From assembly GCF_035285525.1 (NCBI RefSeq), contig NZ_JAYKGW010000125.1:1-7038 (forward strand): a DNA stretch of 7,038 nucleotides, in the 5' to 3' direction. Position 1 is the first letter of the stretch; every line of letters starts with the position of its first letter. Positions 1-6,388 of this stretch are shown here, piece after piece. The DNA is from Okeania sp. (GTDB lineage Bacteria; Cyanobacteriota; Cyanobacteriia; Cyanobacteriales; Microcoleaceae). Both the position numbers and the translations under genes were made by a program. The notes beneath the pieces are model-generated. The model had not been told where the DNA came from. It saw only the letters and a list, made by a program, of their open reading frames with translations, and ran no database searches.

Positions 1-90
1 ATTTTTCCTCTGAGCTGAAATTCTAAAGTTTGGCAAACAAGGAAAAGAAGGAAAGTTTCCAACTTCTCCATCTATATCTATATTTATAGA
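1..90. repeat. Direct repeat family A, copy 1 (may be truncated by the window edge)
   Basis: 1..82 matches 127..207 with 2 substitutions and a 1-nt indel (caaacaagg vs caaaaagg). Both copies end in a TCTATA/TATAGA palindrome: tctata-tt-tataga at 77..90 and tctataga at 202..209. Repeat period is 126 bp. Confidence 0.9.
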
Positions 91-126
91 GAAATTTTCC
101 CTGGGTAAGTTAAAGATAAAATCTCT

Positions 127-209
127 ATTTTTCCTCTGAGCTGAAATTCTAAAGTTTGACAAAAAGGAAAAGAAGGAAAATTTCCAACTTCTCCATCTAT
201 ATCTATAGA
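127..209. repeat. Direct repeat family A, copy 2
   Basis: Near-identical to 1..90 (see copy 1). It ends 14 bp before the mannosidase stop codon at 223..225. The spacer 91..126 is unrelated to the repeat. Confidence 0.9.
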
Positions 210-222
210 CTCATCTACTTTT

Positions 223-3200
223 TTATTCCCTCTTCCTATTCAAAAAATCTAAGGAAAAACTAACTATCTTCCAAGGAGAAACTTCACAAAGATTACTCTC
301 AAACTCAACATTAGGTTCACTAACATCTTGCTCCAACAAATTCACAACTTTTCCTATCTCTAAATCAGCATCACTTTCCAAATTTAACTTTGCCTCCTTT
401 CCCAAACATTCATAACATCTGAAAATCCAATGTTGATTACCCTCTGACCGTTTCAATGCCATCAAAATTAAATTCTCAGTTTCCCAACCGAAAAAACGAT
501 AAACTTGTGGCAACTTTCCATCAGATTTTTCCTTACTAATTAAAGGCATTATCTCTACTAGCAAAGGCATATTTAATTCATAACCCCGTTGCACAGTTCC
601 AGCATTTTCCCAACTGCCAATATGAGGATAAATAGCATAAGTAAATTCGTGGATTCCTACATCCGCTTTCGAGTCCGGCCAAGTCGAACCTCTCAATAAA
701 GTTAAACGTAATTCATCTGGTTTAGCATCATATCCATATTTACAATCATTCAATAAACTTACTCCATAATTGTCTTTACTAATATCTGCCCAATGTAATG
801 CTGGAACTTCCCATTTTGCTTTCTCTTTTTTTGTCTGAGGTTTAGTAGTTCTTTTAATTGCTCCACAAGGAATTTCATAAGTAACAAAATCTGCTTCTAT
901 ATTTATAGGAAAAGCTGCTTTGACTAAAGTATGTTTTTCCTGCCAATTTACCCAACTTTTAATTTTTAATAGTGGGGAGTTAATTTCCAAAATGTAATCT
1001 TGACGAAACTCGGAATTACCTATTTTTCTAATTACTCGTAGACAGCTTTTTAACTCTCCCTTTTCTACCCAAAAAATATCTATTAATTTTGCTGGAGATA
1101 AAGGATATTGTTGATAATTAGGATCGATATTCCAAGCATCCCAATATTGACCTTGATCACGAAAAGCTTGTAGTTGATTTCCTTCAGGTTTTTTCAGAAT
1201 TTCCCGTTGATTAATCTTGTCAAAAATACTTTCTAAATTTCCTGTTGTTGTCTCTACTTTTACCCGTAATAAATTGTTCTCTAAAACCCATTTTTTTGTT
1301 TCTAAACTAACAGTATTGACTTTTTTGATTTTTTTTGCTATTCTTTTGGTAAACTTGGGGACTGGTGTACCTATATATAGTTTATTGCCCAAGTCCGAAA
1401 ATCTAGAACATAACCAAAATACTCGATAACCAACTCCAGGTACGTCAGAAGCAACAAACAGTAAATTATTATTCGATACCTGAGAAGTAAGTATTTGCCC
1501 AGCATTGTCATAAACTTGCCAATTATCATTTTTACCCTCCAAAAAGCTTAGATATTGGGGGTTAGGTCTTAGGGAAAAGGCTGAAGAAAAAGAAGATTCA
1601 GAAATTGTTTCTCCCCCTTGTCTTCCTTGTCCCCCTTGTCCTCCTTGCCCTCCTTGTCTCTCCTCATCCCCCCGTTCCCTAAAATCCTTTTTTCCCGGAG
1701 GCGCTGGCAAAGCAACCGAAACTAATTCTGACCTCTGCCAATTTAGAGAATTAAACACAATTATTGGATAAACCATTTCACCAAGAAAAGTCTCTAAAGG
1801 AAAAGGTGGGGAAACATCAATATTAGCAGCAACTTTCCCCATAGCTTCCACCAAAATTTCCTTACCCAACCTTTCCGCTTCCCACCAATTATGATTAGCA
1901 TCCACATAAACTTCCGGGATAGCCGAACCAGGTAAAATATCGTGAAACTGATTAAACAAAACCAACTTCCAAGCAGTTTCCAAATCATTATTTCGATAAA
2001 AATAATCAGTCAAAATTGAAGCAAAAACAGAAAACAACTCCGCCTGATACAACAAATTTTCACAACGGCGGTTCCATCTTTTTTGCTCTGCATGAGTCGT
2101 ATAACATCCTCGATGAAATTCCAGATAAAGTTCATCCTGCCAAACAGGAAAATTACCTGAACTTTCCTCTACTAAATTAGTCAAAAAATTCTCAGAATTA
2201 CAAAACTCCAACACAGGAAAAAAACCAGACTTTTGCCATCTATTACCTACCTCCAACATATCACGAGTCGGACCTCCCCCGTGGTCTCCCACACCAGGCA
2301 ACCACAAAACATTTTTTTCTCCAGTTTTTGCCAACCATTCACAAGCATACTTTGTCATTTTTACAGGTTCAATACTTTCTCCTATCGGCGGTAACATCAA
2401 ACTTAAAATTCGAGTTTTATCAGGACTTTCCCACCAAAAAACTTCCCAAGGAAACTCCGTTGAATCATTCCAACGTAACTTCTGAGTAGCAAAATATTTT
2501 ATATTTCCTCCTTGCAAAATTTGTGGAAGTTGCCAACAGAAACCAAAAGTATCTGGCAACCAAGCGATAGGAGAAAATTTGCCAAATTTTTTCCAAACAT
2601 AACGTTGACCGTATAAAACCTGTCTAACTATTGATTCTCCTCCCACAATATTTAATTCTGGTTCCACCCATAAACCTGCGGCAACCTCCCATTTACCTAA
2701 ATCAATTTGTCGTTTAATTCTATTAAATAAATCTGGTCGATTTTGTTCTATCCATTCATATAATGCTGGAGTCGAATGACAGAAAATAAGTTCAGGAAAA
2801 TCTTGTTGTAAATTTAGTACAGATGCAAAAGTTCGTTGTGCAGCTTCCCAAGTTTCTTCTACATCCCATAACCAAGCTAAATCTAGATGAGCATGACCTA
2901 ATAATTTGATTTTTAAACTATTAATATAGTTGTCAGAAATTTTAGTTATTTCTGAGTCGAGGTTGAGTAGCGATCGCTCAAATTTTTCTCTTTCTCCAAC
3001 TGCTTCCCAATCTATCAAACTGACAGAATTTTTTATTCTCTCTAGGTTAAAGTCACTTTCAGATTGAACCTTAGTCAAATATTCAACCAAAATTTCTAAT
3101 CTATCTGCCATTAAACCAGGGTCAAGCTGATAATTATCCAGATTTTCATAAACACACCAAGACTTTACTAAAGCACCTCGGTCATGTGCCGGACTTACCA

Positions 3201-3660
3201 ACTTAATGCCAATAATAAAAGTTTCTCGAACTACCGCTTTTTGACTCAACAAAATTCGACTTGAACAGTCAAACAAATCTCCCGTTTGTACTAACTTTTC
3301 ATTGATATAAATTTCGGCAGATTCAGCCCACCAAGTCAAACCCAATCTTAAAGATAAGTCAGTTAAAAGATAACCGTTTAAATGTGGAGGAATTATCAAC
3401 TTTTGCCCTAACCATAAAATCTTTTTGCCTTTTTCCCAAGCAATATGTTTTCTTTCATTTGTTGTAGCTAACTGCCAAGTATCTAAATTTTTAAGTGCAG
3501 AAATAGATATATCCTCTTGACAATATCGCCATTGGTTTTGAATGTCTACTTGGGTTAATTTTCTAAGTTGTTGAATTGTTGTGAAAATTTCGGGAATTGA
3601 AAATTGCATAAAGTTTTGATTTATTGATTGATTATCCATAGGTTGTTTCAATTCAGACAT
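223..3660 (-). CDS. Glycoside hydrolase family 38 alpha-mannosidase (MAN2C1/Ams1-like architecture), 1145 aa
   Basis: Uninterrupted 3438-nt ORF. The product carries GH38 signature motifs in canonical order: GHAHLDLAWLW (HxHxD metal site), WLPDTFGF (nucleophile Asp region), PGVGDHGGGP, EFHRGCYTTHA, NQFHDILPGS and NDCKYGY. About 250 aa precede HxHxD, as in the cytosolic/vacuolar subgroup. The start is uncertain between ATG 3660 and the in-frame ATG 3639; neither has an adjacent SD. Confidence 0.93.
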   Translation of the reverse strand: MSELKQPMDNQSINQNFMQFSIPEIFTTIQQLRKLTQVDIQNQWRYCQEDISISALKNLDTWQLATTNERKHIAWEKGKKILWLGQKLIIPPHLNGYLLTDLSLRLGLTWWAESAEIYINEKLVQTGDLFDCSSRILLSQKAVVRETFIIGIKLVSPAHDRGALVKSWCVYENLDNYQLDPGLMADRLEILVEYLTKVQSESDFNLERIKNSVSLIDWEAVGEREKFERSLLNLDSEITKISDNYINSLKIKLLGHAHLDLAWLWDVEETWEAAQRTFASVLNLQQDFPELIFCHSTPALYEWIEQNRPDLFNRIKRQIDLGKWEVAAGLWVEPELNIVGGESIVRQVLYGQRYVWKKFGKFSPIAWLPDTFGFCWQLPQILQGGNIKYFATQKLRWNDSTEFPWEVFWWESPDKTRILSLMLPPIGESIEPVKMTKYACEWLAKTGEKNVLWLPGVGDHGGGPTRDMLEVGNRWQKSGFFPVLEFCNSENFLTNLVEESSGNFPVWQDELYLEFHRGCYTTHAEQKRWNRRCENLLYQAELFSVFASILTDYFYRNNDLETAWKLVLFNQFHDILPGSAIPEVYVDANHNWWEAERLGKEILVEAMGKVAANIDVSPPFPLETFLGEMVYPIIVFNSLNWQRSELVSVALPAPPGKKDFRERGDEERQGGQGGQGGQGRQGGETISESSFSSAFSLRPNPQYLSFLEGKNDNWQVYDNAGQILTSQVSNNNLLFVASDVPGVGYRVFWLCSRFSDLGNKLYIGTPVPKFTKRIAKKIKKVNTVSLETKKWVLENNLLRVKVETTTGNLESIFDKINQREILKKPEGNQLQAFRDQGQYWDAWNIDPNYQQYPLSPAKLIDIFWVEKGELKSCLRVIRKIGNSEFRQDYILEINSPLLKIKSWVNWQEKHTLVKAAFPINIEADFVTYEIPCGAIKRTTKPQTKKEKAKWEVPALHWADISKDNYGVSLLNDCKYGYDAKPDELRLTLLRGSTWPDSKADVGIHEFTYAIYPHIGSWENAGTVQRGYELNMPLLVEIMPLISKEKSDGKLPQVYRFFGWETENLILMALKRSEGNQHWIFRCYECLGKEAKLNLESDADLEIGKVVNLLEQDVSEPNVEFESNLCEVSPWKIVSFSLDFLNRKRE
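1613..1657. repeat. In-frame 9-bp tandem repeat (about 5 units, YYYCCTTGY on + strand) inside the mannosidase CDS
   Basis: Units are cccccttgt cttccttgt cccccttgt cctccttgc cctccttgt. On the coding (minus) strand this reads QGGQGGQGGQGRQGG. It is a locally C/G-rich island in an otherwise AT-rich gene. Confidence 0.9.
2970..2977. repeat. HIP1 octamer GCGATCGC (inside mannosidase CDS)
   Basis: Exact GCGATCGC. This palindrome is highly iterated in many cyanobacterial genomes. Confidence 0.9.
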
Positions 3661-3726
3661 TTAACTAGATTTAGATTACCATTTTTTCTCCCTGATAAAA
3701 ATAAAGAATTAATGGATAATGAATAA

Positions 3727-3838
3727 AGAAATTTCTCAATCTTTCTCCTGTTCAGTCAAACCTATTTTTTATAGATACTCGACCAAACCTCAGACAATTA
3801 TTTCTATATTTTTCTCAACAGAAAATCCTTTTTTCCTT
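3727..3838. repeat. 112-bp direct repeat family B, copy 1
   Basis: Identical to 3909..4020 except one T/C difference (3756 vs 3938). Similarity stops abruptly at both borders. There is no ATG on either strand. It begins with the 10-bp palindrome agaaatttct. Confidence 0.95.
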
Positions 3839-3908
3839 CTACCTAACTTTCCCAAAACTCTCTCCAAACATCACCTTTCCGCTTAGATAAATTTCCTAAA
3901 ATATTCAC

Positions 3909-4020
3909 AGAAATTTCTCAATCTTTCTCCTGTTCAGCCAAACCTATTTTTTATAGATACTCGACCAAACCTCAGACAATTATTTCTATATTTTTCTCAA
4001 CAGAAAATCCTTTTTTCCTT
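3909..4020. repeat. 112-bp direct repeat family B, copy 2
   Basis: 111/112 identical to 3727..3838 at a constant offset of 182 bp. The 70-bp spacer 3839..3908 is unique. Confidence 0.95.
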
Positions 4021-4195
4021 TGTCGCTTTAGATAGCACCAACTTTTGCATTTTGGAGAGATCCTAAAAATAATCAGGTTTTGCTATTGCATTTCTCAAAA
4101 AATAATGATACGATATAACTATTGGGGTTTATTCGCCTATGCACATGATTTTTTATTCAACTAAAAAATAGTGTCTTTTCTTAGCGATAGAGAAA

Positions 4196-4204
4196 TGATA
4201 TAAT
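4196..4204 (+). promoter_or_regulatory. Candidate extended -10 element (TGaTATAAT) for the 440-aa ORF
   Basis: Exact TGnTATAAT match about 100 nt upstream of ATG 4303. There is no good -35, which an extended -10 can tolerate. AT-rich context makes chance matches likely. Confidence 0.3.
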
Positions 4205-4275
4205 AGAGAATTAAATAATTTTTTGTTTTTAAAATCAACTTCAGTATTTCCAGCCTCCAGCAATAGCTGCGAAGT

Positions 4276-4298
4276 ACAGATAACAGATAACAGATAAC
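4276..4298. repeat. Heptanucleotide tandem repeat (ACAGATA)x3 plus partial unit, STRR-like
   Basis: acagata acagata acagata ac, ending 4 nt before ATG 4303. Confidence 0.9.
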
Positions 4299-4302
4299 TG
4301 AA

Positions 4303-5625
4303 ATGACCTCAAGCCCTTATAAAAGTAAAATATTAAATTTTATTGCGACAAAATATAGCCAAATCTTAACTCGAAGCGATCGCGTCTTCAATCACTTAAA
4401 ATTTGCATTGACCAACACAGTTCAATTGTTACTTTATCCTATATATGTGTTAGTCCAAACCTCCCGTTTAGCATTTAAAATAGTACCACAAATATCCCAA
4501 AAAGTCAATAAAACAATCAGTGAAAATCATCAAACTACCGAACAACCTACCCAAAAATTATCAGTAATTTCAAAACAAGCATATCCTACCTTATTAAAAT
4601 TATTAAATCCTCAACCTGTAGTAAAAAGACAATCCGAAGTCTTATCAGAATTAGACATCCCAGGAAACAACAAAATATCAGATATTTCAGCTACGGCCAG
4701 ACCCAAAAATCATTCCATATCAGAAACAGCCAAGATCGAAAAAAAAGCCCCATTGCTACTGCAACCCTGTGGAGAAATTGTGCCAATGTATGGACATTTA
4801 AGACAAATCTGGAAAATTATGAGTTGGGTACAAACCAGTAAAATTGCTTTGTGGTTTAATTTGTTCAATGAATCGAGTATAGCCTTAGAACCAAATGAAG
4901 CAAAGCCCAAAAATAAAGATTATGTTCATTACCAAACTCTGCCATTATTGTCAAGTGCAAATATAACTTTCAGTGAGTTTATTCATAATTTACATCACCA
5001 GTATCTATACCCAATTAGTAGAGGTCTAGAATCAAATGGTTTACTACCACCTTTGGAAATAGAAACGGAATGGGAACTTAAATCATTCCCAGAAATAGAA
5101 CTAAGTCAAAAAAACCAACCTAAGCTTTTACCTACTGAAGATGAAACATCAAAAATTGTCTCATTAGTATCCCAATTTAAAACAAATACATTCCAAATAT
5201 ACACCTTTCTAACAACTAAATCTTTAATTAACCTCAGAAGTTCAGAAAAATTAGAAAAGGTGAAAAATTTTTCTTTAGAGCAACATCTATCTCAGCAAAA
5301 CAAACTAACTTCTACTAATAATTCTACCAAAAAACAGGAGAGCCAATTCCAAGATGATTTGAGACAAATAAATGAAAGGAGAAATAAGGAAATACCTTAT
5401 AATAACATGAACAGTAGCAAAATATCTGTTCAAACTCATAATTCAAAAAGTAGAGTCAAGCAAGAACCAGACTGCTTAGAAATAAAATCAGTTCCAGTAG
5501 GGTATGTCAAACATCCCTTAGAAATAATATTGGGATGGGTAGATTTAATTATGACTTGGCTAGAAAAAATATTTGTCGAGGTGTGGCAATTATGCCTACA
5601 AAAGTTGAAAAAGAAAAATTTTTGA
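4303..5625 (+). CDS. Hypothetical protein, 440 aa, low-complexity S/T/N/K/Q-rich centre with hydrophobic N- and C-terminal segments
   Basis: A 1323-nt open frame in AT-rich DNA, where stop codons are frequent by chance. It contains a HIP1 site in frame. There is a hydrophobic stretch LLLYPIYVLV near the N-terminus and an amphipathic PLEIILGWVDLIMTWLEKIFVEVWQLCL at the C-terminus. I recognise no catalytic or domain signature. Confidence 0.75.
   Translation: MTSSPYKSKILNFIATKYSQILTRSDRVFNHLKFALTNTVQLLLYPIYVLVQTSRLAFKIVPQISQKVNKTISENHQTTEQPTQKLSVISKQAYPTLLKLLNPQPVVKRQSEVLSELDIPGNNKISDISATARPKNHSISETAKIEKKAPLLLQPCGEIVPMYGHLRQIWKIMSWVQTSKIALWFNLFNESSIALEPNEAKPKNKDYVHYQTLPLLSSANITFSEFIHNLHHQYLYPISRGLESNGLLPPLEIETEWELKSFPEIELSQKNQPKLLPTEDETSKIVSLVSQFKTNTFQIYTFLTTKSLINLRSSEKLEKVKNFSLEQHLSQQNKLTSTNNSTKKQESQFQDDLRQINERRNKEIPYNNMNSSKISVQTHNSKSRVKQEPDCLEIKSVPVGYVKHPLEIILGWVDLIMTWLEKIFVEVWQLCLQKLKKKNF
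4376..4383. repeat. HIP1 octamer GCGATCGC (inside the 440-aa ORF)
   Basis: Exact GCGATCGC, encoding part of R-S-D-R-V. Confidence 0.9.
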
Positions 5626-6069
5626 CAAACCGAATGGTTGTAACCCGACTTTAGATTTAGCTACAGCTTCGATAATTTACAAGACATAACCATAATCTAT
5701 AAACTTACAATAAATTCAGAGAGATTAATTGGGGGCTGGCTGATTAAATATAAAAGCATTTATATATAAAGGTTTTAGGCTTTATATGCCGAAAAAAAGT
5801 TCCTGGTTTCTAGTTGTTGTAGTCTCAAATCAGAAAATTTGGCCGTAACAGATAGTCTAAACTGTTCCCTTCCTTCACTAGCATATTTCCATAAGCAAAT
5901 CCTAATTGTTATTAACTCATAAATATTATTTTATAGCAGTCTTTAGCAAAAATTAATGTTATTATAAGCTTAATTAGAATGAACCAAACCAGATTGAGTA
6001 AATCAATCAAAAATGCCGAATCTTAAAAAATTCGGTCTTAAACCAATCCTTGATTAGGAGAAATAATAA

Positions 6070-6186
6070 ATGTTGACTTTGAAAATAGTTGTTAATATCG
6101 TTGTTCTATTCTTTGTCTTGTTATTTATTTTTGGATTCTTATCCAATGACCCCGCACGGAACCCTAGCGGTAGAGACATGGAGTAA
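6070..6186 (+). CDS. psbI: Photosystem II reaction centre protein I (PsbI), 38 aa
   Basis: My translation is [38 protein letters not shown]. It matches the length and the conserved MxTLKI...FGFLSxDPxRNP...(D/E)xE pattern of cyanobacterial and plastid PsbI. AGGAG at 6056..6060 lies 9 nt upstream of the ATG. The gene is not in the supplied ORF track because it is too short. Confidence 0.95.
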   Translation: MLTLKIVVNIVVLFFVLLFIFGFLSNDPARNPSGRDME

Positions 6187-6256
6187 ACGGGTATAAATTT
6201 TTAGTCTCTATCCAAATATTACTAGAGTCTAAACTTATATCTGTGCAAAGATTGAG

Positions 6257-6310
6257 TTAGCCTGGAAGTCCATTAAATTTAATGAAATGAGACTTTGCAG
6301 GCTAATTTTT
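6257..6310 (+). terminator. Rho-independent terminator of psbI
   Basis: ttagcctggaagtc (6257..6270) pairs with gactttgcaggctaa (6291..6305), giving 14 bp with one bulged G and one G-U pair. The loop contains a nested perfect palindrome cattaaatttaatg (6271..6284). The stem is followed by TTTTT (6306..6310), 70 nt after the psbI stop. Confidence 0.7.
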
Positions 6311-6329
6311 GGCATAATTTCAGAGAATA

Positions 6330-6338
6330 TGGTATAAA
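6330..6338 (+). promoter_or_regulatory. Candidate extended -10 element (TGgTATAAA) for the downstream ORF
   Basis: TGnTATAAA lies about 50 nt upstream of ATG 6389 and just downstream of the psbI terminator. AT-rich context, so support is weak. Confidence 0.25.
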
Positions 6339-6388
6339 ATATGGACTCAATTCTTTAATTTTGTGAACTTAGTATTTCTATCTGAAAT

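Noticed and set aside
1217-1429. 70-aa plus-strand ORF from the supplied track
   Set aside because: It lies entirely antisense within the well-supported GH38 CDS. The product is a hydrophobic, low-complexity translation typical of the opposite strand of an AT-rich gene. It has no SD and no motif.
1613-1680. GGQ (release-factor motif) and RGD (adhesion motif) strings in the mannosidase low-complexity segment
   Set aside because: They arise trivially from the QGG tandem repeat and charged linker, and there is no surrounding domain context.
1794-1988. 64-aa minus-strand ORF from the supplied track
   Set aside because: It is an alternative frame fully inside the GH38 CDS. The W/K/L-rich translation looks like frame noise.
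3671-3692. Minus-strand SD-like GGGAGA (3692..3687) followed by a 3-codon mini-ORF ATG GTA ATC TAA (3682..3671), 10 nt upstream of the mannosidase ATG
   Set aside because: It is the only SD-like motif near the gene start, which is curious, but a 3-codon ORF cannot be evaluated from sequence. Many cyanobacterial genes lack an SD.
1-4020. CRISPR interpretation of the direct repeat pairs
   Set aside because: There are only two copies of each repeat, and the repeats (82-112 bp) are longer than their spacers (about 36-70 bp). There is no short palindromic 25-40-bp unit and there are no cas genes.
3727-4020. MITE or transposon interpretation of the 112-bp units
   Set aside because: I found no terminal inverted repeats (start agaaatttct... 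versus reverse complement of the end aaggaaaaaagg...). The flanks show no target-site duplication, and there is no transposase in the window. A dispersed non-TIR repeat family cannot be excluded without a genome search.
4105-4164. Small intergenic ORFs: MIRYNYWGLFAYAHDFLFN at 4105..4164, MPKKSSWFLVVVVSNQKIWP at 5786..5848, and MNQTRLSKSIKNAES from 5979
   Set aside because: They have no SD, are 15-20 codons long, and show no recognisable family. Such ORFs are expected by chance. Only expression or conservation data could rescue them.
4710-4910. 66-aa minus-strand ORF from the supplied track
   Set aside because: It is antisense to the 440-aa ORF, with no start context or recognisable features.
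5688-5725. HLR1-like (RpaB) half-sites tttacaag and cttacaat, plus searches for NtcA (GTAN8TAC) and LexA boxes in the intergenic regions
   Set aside because: Only single half-sites are present, without a properly spaced second repeat, and they lie more than 340 bp from psbI. I found no full NtcA or LexA consensus.
6015-6037. Hairpin ccgaat-N8-attcgg upstream of psbI. On the minus strand it is followed by cattttt, so it could be a terminator for an antisense RNA covering the psbI start.
   Set aside because: The stem is only 6-7 bp and AT-rich. I could not find a convincing minus-strand promoter inside psbI. It is equally likely to be a weak 5'-leader structure or chance.
5854-6235. Shared 10-mer agtctaaact (5854..5863 and 6226..6235) and tagtctc (5820, 6202) on either side of psbI, suggesting flanking direct repeats
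   Set aside because: Exact 10-mer matches are expected by chance many times in 7 kb at this composition. The spacing differs (34 vs 24 nt) and the surrounding sequence does not align.
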